Source: Histomonas meleagridis 2922-C6/04-290x (Eukaryota; Protista; Parabasalia). Taken from it: DNA of 64,000 bases. Every line of letters begins with the position of its first letter. Position 1 is the stretch's first letter. The translations under genes were made by a program, and so were the position numbers. Of this stretch, positions 19,314 to 29,127 are shown one piece after another. The stretch spans positions 1 through 64,000 of the forward strand of contig JAANOX010000061.1 in the NCBI GenBank assembly GCA_020184695.1. The letters are read 5' to 3'. Below the pieces are notes generated by a model. That model ran no database searches and had not been told where the DNA came from. It saw only the letters and a program-made list of their open reading frames with translations.

Positions 19314-20873
19314 TTAGTCGAAGTTTATTTTTTCGATCCAGCCGTTCACTTCATTTTCGTCTTCATCCTCAGCCATTTCGTCATGTTTATATATCTGTAT
19401 CACTTCAATGCATTTCATTGCCAACAATTTCTCTCTTAAATCTTCAGCGAACTTCACAAAAGTTTTCGGGAATGAAGTTGATCCGCAACCGAACACGGCG
19501 AACTTCAAATTCGGCAATTCCCCATTAAAACTCATCAATTGGTTCCAGAATTGTTTTGCGCTTTGTGGTGGTGCTCCTCTTCCATAAGTCGACACGCAAA
19601 ACACGACAAATCTCAACTTCGACAATATATCGACAGTGAATTGGCTCATGTCCATTACTTCGAAACTTAACTTCTGTGCGATTTTCTCCGCAAAGTCTTT
19701 CGAAGTTCCCGTTTTCGAAGCGTACACAACTAAACCTCTCTCATTATCACTCACGTTCACATTAACCTCATTCTCATCTTCGATGTCAAGAAGATTCTCA
19801 GGAACAAATTGAAGTTTCGGTGGTAAATTATTCGCGTCTTCAAAGAGACCAGGAATGACTTCGCCGCATTCGCATCTTCCATTGCTCATGGAGACAGTGG
19901 CGCTAAACCATTCTCGATCGATAAGCTTCTTGCCGCATCGTGGGCATTTGGTCAGACGCGCTTCGGGCGCATTAACATTACCAATGTATATGAAGCGTAT
20001 GCCCGCGTTGCGCCCGATTTGTGCGCCGCGGCGAAGGGTGTTAAGTGGAGTGACGCCGCGGCCATGGAAGTTATAGTCGTCGTGGTACGCGGAGAGGTGC
20101 CAGACTATGTTCTTGTCAATGGAGGCGATGAAATTGGCACAATCTGATAATTCGGAATCACTATCATTCTCACCTGGGATGACTAATGTGGTGACTTCGG
20201 TGTGGATGCCCATGGCAACACATCGCTGAATGGTTTTACAGACCCCTTCAAGATGAGCGCCACAAATGCGTTGGTAAAATGGTTCGCGAAATGACTTAAG
20301 ATCAATGTTGACTGCATCAAGATAGGGCCCTAGGTAATTGAGGGTCTCAACGCTTTCAAAACCATTGGTAACATAAACTGTATGAAGACCAGATTCTTTG
20401 GCAAGCTTAAAAACTTGATAAGAAAACTCGGTGGAAATAGTGGGCTCGTTATAAGTGGAGGCAATGGACTTACAGCCATTTTTAATTGCTTGGGAAACCA
20501 TTTCTTCGGGAGTATAATAATCAAGATATCCAACATCATTTTGTTTGAGACATTTGACATCTTCTATGTCTAGTTTCCACATGCTAAGACTGGAGTTTTG
20601 ACAGAATTGACAGCTGAAATTACAACCAACAGTTCCATAGGAATATACTTTGGTACCTGGAAGAAAATGATAAAGTGGTTTCTTCTCTATTGGATCAATT
20701 TGAACAGTATATCGCCCCCAAACTGGTGAAAAAGGTTTTCCGTTGATATTTCCACGAGCACGGCAATGACCGAGTTTACCTGGTGGGATAACACAATATT
20801 TCTGACAACAAAGGCATTGAATCTCGTTGTTTGGAAGTGGTTTGAATAATGGCGATTCTTCGAACGCTTGCAT
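19314..20873 (-). CDS. AmmeMemoRadiSam-type radical SAM enzyme fused to C-terminal flavodoxin (519 aa)
   Basis: IDPIEKKPLYHFLPG, GCNFSCQFCQN (CxxxCxxC), STYNEP, VTNGF, NIDLKSF, EVTTLVIPGEND, CPRCG; flavodoxin YASKTGTS, STYGRGAPP, FAVFGCGS. ATG at 20873 in an AAAAATG context. Confidence 0.9.
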   Translation of the reverse strand: MQAFEESPLFKPLPNNEIQCLCCQKYCVIPPGKLGHCRARGNINGKPFSPVWGRYTVQIDPIEKKPLYHFLPGTKVYSYGTVGCNFSCQFCQNSSLSMWKLDIEDVKCLKQNDVGYLDYYTPEEMVSQAIKNGCKSIASTYNEPTISTEFSYQVFKLAKESGLHTVYVTNGFESVETLNYLGPYLDAVNIDLKSFREPFYQRICGAHLEGVCKTIQRCVAMGIHTEVTTLVIPGENDSDSELSDCANFIASIDKNIVWHLSAYHDDYNFHGRGVTPLNTLRRGAQIGRNAGIRFIYIGNVNAPEARLTKCPRCGKKLIDREWFSATVSMSNGRCECGEVIPGLFEDANNLPPKLQFVPENLLDIEDENEVNVNVSDNERGLVVYASKTGTSKDFAEKIAQKLSFEVMDMSQFTVDILSKLRFVVFCVSTYGRGAPPQSAKQFWNQLMSFNGELPNLKFAVFGCGSTSFPKTFVKFAEDLREKLLAMKCIEVIQIYKHDEMAEDEDENEVNGWIEKINFD

Positions 20874-20881
20874 TTTTATAC

Positions 20882-20889
20882 AAACCGTA
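20882..20889 (-). promoter_or_regulatory. M3-like element TACGGTTT
   Basis: Matches DRCSGYTD 8 nt upstream of ATG 20873, supporting that start. Confidence 0.45.
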
Positions 20890-20996
20890 ACTTCGTTAGT
20901 TCGTGACGGTTTATAAACGTTTTCCAATGTGATGGAATAAAATAGAGCTGAATTTCAATACAATATGATCGTTATTTTATTAAAAAAGTGGCATAA

Positions 20997-22493
20997 ATGA
21001 CTTTAAAGTTTTGTTCACACCTTTTACCAAATCTAGAAACAGAAAAATTTGGATTTGTTCAATCATCATATTCACCTGAAATTTCAACAGATTATACTGA
21101 TAAAATACAATTATGTAAGAGATGCAAATCATCACAATTTCCTCTTAAATCAGGAGGTTGTGCTTGCCCGATTTGCACACCAGAAGCAGATTTTATCGAT
21201 GGAACAATTAAAGTTGGTAATGGGTTTGAATCACGTCATTTATTTTATCTCGTACTTGATCTATCATTTTCAATTGAAACTGTAAAAGACTTTCTTCTTA
21301 GCTTTGCAGAATCACTAAATTCTGATGATTCTGCGGTTATTATTTCAATTGCCGAATTTCCAATCATGATTTATTGTGATAATGGTATTCCTTATTTCCT
21401 CCAAATCAAAGAACTTTCATCATTCGTACCATCAGATCAATATGAGGTCACCAAAGAAGATATTAAATCCATTATTATTCCATCACTCAATTCACTTTAT
21501 TCAATATTCATAGAAAAAGATAAAATTTCAACTCCAATAGATATTACTTTTCCCATACAAATCATTACTGAACAATCTGATAACAGACCATTTGCCACAT
21601 TTTTTATGATTCATAGATCAACTCAACCTCTTTCTCCACAACGAGCTGTTGCTGCTGGTCAAAAAATACTATTGCACAAAGGCATCATTCATTTTGGTGC
21701 ATCAGAAGGCTTTCGAAGACTCACAGCAATTGCGAAACACAGTTTTGGATGTGTTTTCGGTTTGAGTACGTTTAATCCGAACACTTTTTGTAAACTTATG
21801 AAACTCTCCCAACCGCTCAGGCTTGATGTAACCTTTCCTCGTTTTATTGAGGTTAGTAAGGTCACTAGTTGCGAAGGTGACATGAAAATGACATCGCTTG
21901 TAACTATCCTTCAACTTTCCTCTGGTTGTGGGTGCTCATCACAACTTTCAATTGATTTTTCTCGAATTTCAGATACATATAAAAATTGTGTAAATGCAAT
22001 CGAAACATCAATTTCAGTCTCTGGTAAGTTCCTTACTCTCCACAAGTTTTCATGGGCTGACTCATCTGAGAATTATCAAAATAGTTTAAGCTTAGCTATC
22101 AACAAGGAAATTGCCCTTAAGTCATTTGCATCCGATGTACTCCGCGGCGTATGGAATGGAACTAACTATGAAAAGCTTATTAATAATATTGATAAATCTG
22201 TAATTGTCGAGAGCTGCTTTACTGACATAGGGAAAAAGCCGGAAAGAGACTCTTTGAGACTTTACTATATGTTGCATAGTGTTGGTGCACATAAAAAGAA
22301 TGAAATGATCCAACTTCCGAATGGTGGCTGCATGTACATGTATCCGCCAGTGGTGTTCGTGCGCACAGATGAAGATGTAATGAAAGTGGTTAATGATCAT
22401 GTGAAATGCGAATGGCCATTTGATGTTCAGGTGTTCAAGGAAATGGATTCATTTAGAATTGTAGTGGAATCACTGTCTGGAAATGCTAAATAA
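20997..22493 (+). CDS. divergent Sec23/Sec24-like or Zn-finger/vWA protein
   Basis: CKRC...CACPIC Cys cluster followed by FYLVLDLS vWA-like strand. Confidence 0.45.
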   Translation: MTLKFCSHLLPNLETEKFGFVQSSYSPEISTDYTDKIQLCKRCKSSQFPLKSGGCACPICTPEADFIDGTIKVGNGFESRHLFYLVLDLSFSIETVKDFLLSFAESLNSDDSAVIISIAEFPIMIYCDNGIPYFLQIKELSSFVPSDQYEVTKEDIKSIIIPSLNSLYSIFIEKDKISTPIDITFPIQIITEQSDNRPFATFFMIHRSTQPLSPQRAVAAGQKILLHKGIIHFGASEGFRRLTAIAKHSFGCVFGLSTFNPNTFCKLMKLSQPLRLDVTFPRFIEVSKVTSCEGDMKMTSLVTILQLSSGCGCSSQLSIDFSRISDTYKNCVNAIETSISVSGKFLTLHKFSWADSSENYQNSLSLAINKEIALKSFASDVLRGVWNGTNYEKLINNIDKSVIVESCFTDIGKKPERDSLRLYYMLHSVGAHKKNEMIQLPNGGCMYMYPPVVFVRTDEDVMKVVNDHVKCEWPFDVQVFKEMDSFRIVVESLSGNAK

Positions 22494-22824
22494 ATAAAAT
22501 GTGATTTTGTAATTGGAAGTTTTCTTATATCTATTTGATTAAAGTATCTCGAAATGGCAATAGGAATGGTTAGATTTAAACTATTATTGAAAATAAAGGA
22601 ATTGATCACCAAAATTTAAATTTTTGTAGTAATCACTTAAAACGAAAAATATTATGAATCTTTTGCTTTCTTTACTATTTTTTATTTTATATGTAAGCTT
22701 GCTGGTGTATTACTAAATCAGGTTAGGGGTCAATTTTTTTATTAAAATTAAATCTCATGACAGAAACCAATTAATGAACCCTAAAAAACATAAGTAACCG
22801 TCGTTTTGGACCACCCCGAATTTG

Positions 22825-22832
22825 AGCGGTTA
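22825..22832 (+). promoter_or_regulatory. M3-like element AGCGGTTA upstream of left Vps36
   Basis: DRCSGYTD match 20 nt before ATG 22852; TCAT Inr-like sequence just before the ATG. Confidence 0.5.
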
Positions 22833-22851
22833 ACGATCATAAATTTTCATC

Positions 22852-23967
22852 ATGACAAGTTCATGGAAACAAGTTGATTGTACGACTAATGGTGTTGCAT
22901 TAATAGAACAAGAAACACAAATTATGCGATATCAAGAATGTTCATTAACTATTCCACGATTAAAATTTGGAGATTGGTACTTGTGTTTTAACAAGTAAAC
23001 GCATAGTTTTTCTTTTATATGGTCGAACATATGCATATTCATATGAAATCAATAATACTAAAACTATTGAACCAGCACAATATCCAGACGTCCAAAATTA
23101 TGGTTTTTTAACCATTAATACTAATTCAGGTGAAATGTTTTCATTTCAAGCCAGTTATCAATTAATTTGTGATTTAGCGCAAAAGATCACAAATTTAACG
23201 TCACCAAGTCAAACACGAACCAAAAAGATTATTACTAATAAACCTACGAATCTTAAAGAAATCAATCAAACTCATGGAGTAGCAGCCATTAAACAACATG
23301 TAGAGACAGATATTAAACAAAAAGATGAGACACTTAGTTCTTCTTTACAAGACATTAAAACTCTTAAAACGTGTGCGCAAGATTTAATATCTATTGCGAG
23401 TGAACTAAGTAAAATGACCGATTCCGAGTCTAATTCCGAGATGAGTCAAATTTGTTTAGCCATTGGTTTAACGAATCCAGTTACAAAATCGAAAGGATCC
23501 GGTGACCAATATTCGATTGCACTTGCGAATGAATTTTCTACATTTATGAATTCATATTTACCGCGTGTTAAAGAAGGGATATTATCTGTTGCAGAAGCAT
23601 ATGCTGCGTACAATCGAGCGCGCGGTAACGACTTTATCTCACCGCCCGATCTGCAAGGTGCGCTCGACTACATCGAAAGTAAAGGCAATTTCCCAATTCG
23701 AGTTGAAACTATAGCGAACATTCGTATTGTTGTTCCAGCGAGTGTTTCGTTCACAGGCGTTGTCGACACGTTTCTATCTAAACTTGGACCGAACGACTTC
23801 GCCACGCCGATGATGATGGCGAAGAAGACAGGACTGCCGACATCAATTGCGAAGAATTATTTACTTCGAGCAGAAATGCAAGGCGCGTGCTAGCGCGCGA
23901 TGACTCGTTAGGAGGATTAAGATATTATAAGAATCGTTTTGATTCATTTGAATTAATTAAATTTTAA
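22852..23967 (+). pseudogene. VPS36: ESCRT-II Vps36/EAP45 copy 1, two 2-nt indels (possibly assembly artefacts)
   Basis: GLUE-like N-terminus (GTCVLTSKRIVF), YNRARGNDFISPPDL, C-terminal LARDDSLGGLRYYKNRF. -2 nt at ~22974 and +2 nt at ~23885 relative to copy 2. Confidence 0.8.
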
Positions 23968-24612
23968 TTTTCTCGTAATTATTATAAATATTTTTTGTAT
24001 TTGTATCACAACTGAAAGAATTAAATTGAAATATAAATGATAAAATGAATAAATAAAGTAAAGTAAATCAGAATTCGAACTACAAAATAATAATTCCCTT
24101 CAAATGTAATGTTCAACTACTATATACATAAATCATAATAACAAGAAAAAAATGAATTATGATATATATTATTCTCTCAACAATTTACACAAAAAATATT
24201 TTTTATTATTTATATTCCTCAAAAAAGTGATTTGTTATTTATCAAATTTATCTAAATAGTATTCATGTGCATGATAATCAACATAACATGAGGAAAACTG
24301 TGATATTTCTATTATCAGTTGGTATCAACGAACACTCGAATACGAACAAAGACAAATATACTTTGCTAAATTGTTGCTACACTTCCTAATAACGGTTTTC
24401 GTGATGAATATAATTTTAATGTTTTTAATAAAAAAATTGAAATCGCAAATTTATTAATTTTTTCTTACTTCTTAAAATATTAATGTGATATTGTAATATT
24501 TGAATAATATAAAATATCTAAGAATTTAAGTCTATTATATCAAATTACGATTAAGAAACATATATGAATTACATCAATTAACACATTCAATGAATAACTT
24601 TTAAATATGTAT

Positions 24613-24996
24613 TCAGTCCGTTTCGTCTATGTATGGTGTGATTGTTTTTGACAAATGGTAAAGATAAACAGTCAATGGTATGCAAAAGAAAAGGCAGAAC
24701 ACAGCACAATATTCGTTAACTAGGAAACAAAGGCCAAAAGTAACCACCAAAGAAAATAAAACCTGTTTCCATGATGGTGTACCATCTCTTCCCATCATTA
24801 TAGAAATACTGCTGAAGGAAATAACAATAAAGAAGAAAACCATGCATCCAATAAATCCTGCAAGTACAGGTGCTATTGGCGAAGACCTAAAAGATTCTGC
24901 AAAAAAATATATAAGAAGGCTACATAAAACCACACAGCTTATGTAGAGAATAAGTGAAGCTTTGGGTGAAATATATTTAGGGATTGGGAGCTTCAT
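24613..24996 (-). CDS. KRTCAP2/KCP2-like small membrane protein (putative OST accessory subunit)
   Basis: 127 aa with ~4 hydrophobic segments; LAGFIGC..FFF, and EYCAVFCLFF..VYLYHLS resembling KRTCAP2 HRVCVTTCFIFS..YYINKIS. Confidence 0.6.
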   Translation of the reverse strand: MKLPIPKYISPKASLILYISCVVLCSLLIYFFAESFRSSPIAPVLAGFIGCMVFFFIVISFSSISIMMGRDGTPSWKQVLFSLVVTFGLCFLVNEYCAVFCLFFCIPLTVYLYHLSKTITPYIDETD

Positions 24997-25876
24997 GGGA
25001 GATGAAACGAGTTGTGCGCCGATAAATTGGAGTGCCCCATTTTTATCATAACATCATGATCGTTCCGCTTAATGAAAATAAAATCGCTAATAATGAGAGT
25101 TGTAGGAAAAAAACAACAACACCAAATCATTTTTTTGATGCATTTTTGGAAAATTTAGAATATTTCTTCATAAAATTAAATTTTGTTAAAATGTATTATA
25201 TAGAAGATTATCTTCAAAATATAAACAAACATCAGATGTTGCCCTTATTTTAAAAACATGCATGGGTTAAATCCAGAAATAAAAATGAGAAATTTTCATT
25301 TTTTTACTTATCCCTAATCATCTCAAAGGGACTTTTTGATAACTTTTGATTTCCCTCATTTTCTGTTTGAGATAATTCGAAAGCTTTTGATAGAAATCCG
25401 ATGTTTTCTCACCAAAAGTGTTATTCATATTTCATTCAAAAATTTATCGGAACCGTTAACTTATTCACACATTTCTGTATTCCCTGGGGTATCACAACAT
25501 GTGTGGTTTCTCAATTTTACCTTTGATAAATGCACTCTATCCATACCATATGAAACCTGTTTCAGGTTCAGGATCATTTTGTAATTTTTTTAATCAAACA
25601 TTTAAATCGAATCATGATTCAAACATCTTGGGAAATATTTTTCATTTAGAAACTTTAAGTGAAATAAAAGATGTCACTGTTGACATTTTTTCAATTGAAA
25701 CAATTTCCATCAAATTTTCTTATCTACTTACATATTTTTTATACATGTTTCAATGTTTTTTCCATTTATTTTCAAATATTTTTTCTTTCTTACTTGATAT
25801 AATAACAAATAATCCTTTTTCATTTTTTATTTTTGTTTTTATTTTGTTTTTTATTTCAAAGTTTAAGAAAAAAGAA

Positions 25877-28615
25877 ATGTTTAAAGGCAAAATCATTTCT
25901 CTTTTATTTATTTTATTTTTCACTCAATCATTTGAAATATTTGATTCAAGTTTAACACTCACTATTTCTACATCAAGTGAATATTCAGGTAGAGATACAT
26001 ATAAAAGTCAAGCACAACATCTTCTAATTGAAAGTGGTGTTGAAGAATTAGAAGAAAGAGCTTTTTATCAATGGAATTCATTGGTTACTGTTATTATTGG
26101 AGATTCAGTTACATCAATTGGAAGTTATGCGTTTGGTTATTGTTCTAATTTAAAAACAATTGATATTGGTGAAAATGTTATAACAATAAATACTTATGCA
26201 ATTAGTTCTTGTTCCAAATTAGAAACGATTAATATTGGTGAAAGTGTATCAAAAATTCAAAATTGGGCATTTAGAATATGTACGTCATTAACAAATATAA
26301 TAATTCCGAAGTCAGTTACTTCAATTGGGTATGGTGTTTTTGCACAATGCACATCACTCCAATTTATTACAGTATCTGAAGGAAATGATTATTATATTAA
26401 TGATAACAATGGTATTCTTTATAATAAAGATAAGACGACAATTGCTTGTTATCCAGGAGGAATTACAGAAGAAACATTTGAGATTCCGAATTCAGTTACA
26501 ACAATTGGAGATTATGCATTTTATTATTGCCAATCATTAATCAATATTCAAATTCCGAATTCAGTTACATTAATTGGAGGTCATGCATTTTATCATTGTA
26601 CTTCATTAATTAATATCAAAATTCCAGATTCAGTTACATCAATTCAGGGATATGTATTTTATGAATGTACAGTTTTAAATAATATTGAAATACCTAATTC
26701 AATTAGATCTATTATGTTTTATGCATTTTATCAATGTTCATCATTACTAAATATAGTAATTCCAGATTCAGTAACATCAATTGGAATTTTTGTCTTTGCT
26801 TATTGTTCTAAATTAGAAACAATTGATATTAGTAAAAGTATAACAGCAATTCAAAGTTCTGTATTTCTATCATGTACATCATTAACAAATATAATAATAC
26901 CAAATTCAGTTATTTCAATTGCATCAGATGCTTTTGCACAATGCACATCACTCCAATTTATTACAGTATCTGAAGGAAATGATTATTATATTAATGATAA
27001 CAATGGTATTCTTTATAATAAAGATAAGACGACAATTGCTTGTTATCCAGGAGGAATTACAGAAGAAACATTTGAGATTCCGAATTCAGTTACAACAATT
27101 GGAGATTATGCATTTTATTATTGCCAATCATTAATCAATATTCAAATTCCGAATTCAGTTACATCAATTGGAGATTATGCATTTTATCATTGTACTTCAT
27201 TAATTAGTGTCAAAATTCCAGATTTGGTTACATCTATTGAGTCTTATACATTTTATTATTGTCAATCATTGATTACTTTTGAAATTCCAGATTCAGTTAC
27301 ATCAATTGGAATTGATGCATTTTGTTCATGTTCTAAACTAGAAACAGTCATTTTTAGTGAAAATATTATATTTATTGATGATTTAGCATTTTATCTTTGT
27401 AATAATTTAAAATGTATTTATTTCACAGGAAATAAATCACCAACAGATATAAGCTCAAGTGCATTTTCTGATATCCCAGCAAAATATGTTATGACATCAG
27501 ATTTTTATGAGGGTGAATCATTTGGATCACTTTCAGTGTCTAAAGGTTCAGCTGTTGATGAATGCAATCAATATCCTTGGCCAACACATACATTCACGCA
27601 ATCATATACTTTTTCTAATACATTTACAAAATCGAATACATTTTCAAATACATTTACGCGATCATATACATTTTCTAACTCATTTACACAATCAAATACA
27701 TTCTCTAAATCAAATACTTTCTCTAAGTCAAATACTTTTTCACGAAGTAATACATTTACAAAATCAAATATATTTAGTCAAAGTAATACATTCTCTCAAT
27801 CAAATACTTATACACTTTCGAATATATTTAGTCAAAGTAATACATATTCACAAAGTAATACATTCTCTAAATCAAATATATTCTCTCAAAGTAATACATA
27901 TTCACAAAGTAATACATTTACAAAATCAAATATATTTAGTCAAAGTAATACATTCTCTCAAAGTAATACATATTCACAAAGTAATAAATTCTCTAAATCA
28001 AATATATTTAGTAAAAGTAATACATTCTCTCAATCAGATACTTATTCGCATCCTAATACATTTAGTCAAAGCAATAGATTCTCTCAATCAAATCCATTTA
28101 CGCCTTCGAAACAATTTGATGAAACATTTATTCAAACAATAATTTTGTCAGAATCAATTACGCAAACAATTCTTTATAATTCTACTAACACAAATACGAT
28201 TACAATTTCTTTGTTTGGTTCACAATATTCTTATATTGATACTATGATAGTTTCATATCAATATACAATTGTTCAATATTCTTCTTATTTTTCATATTAT
28301 TCTGGTTTTTATACTATTTTTAATCAAAATGAAAATTACAACTCAAATGAAACTAATAATAACTCTAATTTTGAACAAATCATTATTGGAGTATGTGTTG
28401 GAATTGCAATCATTATCATAATTTCTATAGTTATAATATTAATAGTTCGTTTTCGAAATAAGAAATTAAATAATGAAGAAAGTGTGATTGATGAAAATGT
28501 CAATGAAAATAGTCTTTCGACACATAACTTTTCTATGAACATCTCGAACATCGAAGATGATCCATTTGCAGAAGATTTCAAAGAAAATGGATACTTCGAA
28601 AAAATAGAAATTTGA
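25877..28615 (+). CDS. BspA-like leucine-rich-repeat (TpLRR) type I surface protein
   Basis: Signal-peptide-like MFKGKIISLLFILFF; many IPNSVTSIGxxAFxxCxSL repeats; S/T-rich stalk; TM IIIGVCVGIAIIIIISIVIILIV; tail with EDDPFAEDF. The start could be upstream (ATG 25550 or 25745). Confidence 0.9.
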   Translation: MFKGKIISLLFILFFTQSFEIFDSSLTLTISTSSEYSGRDTYKSQAQHLLIESGVEELEERAFYQWNSLVTVIIGDSVTSIGSYAFGYCSNLKTIDIGENVITINTYAISSCSKLETINIGESVSKIQNWAFRICTSLTNIIIPKSVTSIGYGVFAQCTSLQFITVSEGNDYYINDNNGILYNKDKTTIACYPGGITEETFEIPNSVTTIGDYAFYYCQSLINIQIPNSVTLIGGHAFYHCTSLINIKIPDSVTSIQGYVFYECTVLNNIEIPNSIRSIMFYAFYQCSSLLNIVIPDSVTSIGIFVFAYCSKLETIDISKSITAIQSSVFLSCTSLTNIIIPNSVISIASDAFAQCTSLQFITVSEGNDYYINDNNGILYNKDKTTIACYPGGITEETFEIPNSVTTIGDYAFYYCQSLINIQIPNSVTSIGDYAFYHCTSLISVKIPDLVTSIESYTFYYCQSLITFEIPDSVTSIGIDAFCSCSKLETVIFSENIIFIDDLAFYLCNNLKCIYFTGNKSPTDISSSAFSDIPAKYVMTSDFYEGESFGSLSVSKGSAVDECNQYPWPTHTFTQSYTFSNTFTKSNTFSNTFTRSYTFSNSFTQSNTFSKSNTFSKSNTFSRSNTFTKSNIFSQSNTFSQSNTYTLSNIFSQSNTYSQSNTFSKSNIFSQSNTYSQSNTFTKSNIFSQSNTFSQSNTYSQSNKFSKSNIFSKSNTFSQSDTYSHPNTFSQSNRFSQSNPFTPSKQFDETFIQTIILSESITQTILYNSTNTNTITISLFGSQYSYIDTMIVSYQYTIVQYSSYFSYYSGFYTIFNQNENYNSNETNNNSNFEQIIIGVCVGIAIIIIISIVIILIVRFRNKKLNNEESVIDENVNENSLSTHNFSMNISNIEDDPFAEDFKENGYFEKIEI
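26338..26570 (+). repeat. 233-bp intragenic direct repeat, copy 1
   Basis: Identical to 26932-27164 (offset 594 nt = 198 codons). Confidence 0.9.
26932..27164 (+). repeat. 233-bp intragenic direct repeat, copy 2
   Basis: Identical to 26338-26570. Confidence 0.9.
27588..28110 (+). repeat. 18-bp (6-aa, F[ST][QK]SN[TI]) tandem repeat stalk
   Basis: About 29 degenerate hexapeptide units in the BspA ORF. Confidence 0.9.
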
Positions 28616-29127
28616 CTTTGAATTAAAACTTAATCAGTAAAATTATAACTGCGTTTAATTTTTAAGTTTTGATAAAAACAATAATTTTAATGGTTTTAAA
28701 ACATAGAATATAACTATTGTAATTGCCTCATTTTGGTATTGATTAATTTGTATTTGTTTCAAGTGTTCGTTGATACCAACTGATAATAAAAATATCCAAT
28801 TGTCCTCATGTTATGTTGATTATCATGCACATGAATACTATTTAGATAAATTTGATAAATAACAAATCACTTTTTTGAGGAATATAAATAATAAAAAATA
28901 TTTTTTGTGTAAATTGTTGAGAGAATAATATATATCATAATTCATTTTTCTTGTTATTATGATTTATGTATATATTAGTTGAACATTACATTTGAAGGGA
29001 ATTATTATTTTGTAGTTCGAATTCTGATTTACTTTACTTTATTTATTCATTTTATCATTTATATTTCAATTTAATTCTTTCAGTTGTGATACAAATACAA
29101 AAAATATTTATAATAATTACGAGAAAA

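Larger units (their letters stand above)
22795..24340 (+). repeat. left arm of ~1.55 kb inverted duplication
   Basis: Near-identical reverse complement of 28758-30302. The outer boundary is sharp; the inner boundary is approximate. Confidence 0.95.

Noticed and set aside
19860-20120. Local GC spike (~60% at 19981-20040) as evidence of recent lateral transfer of the radical SAM gene
   Set aside because: Similar spikes occur in native genes such as the 3' half of Vps36, and the rest of the gene has host-like composition.
27507-28142. 211-aa alternate-frame ORF in BspA
   Set aside because: Produced by the 18-bp tandem repeat.
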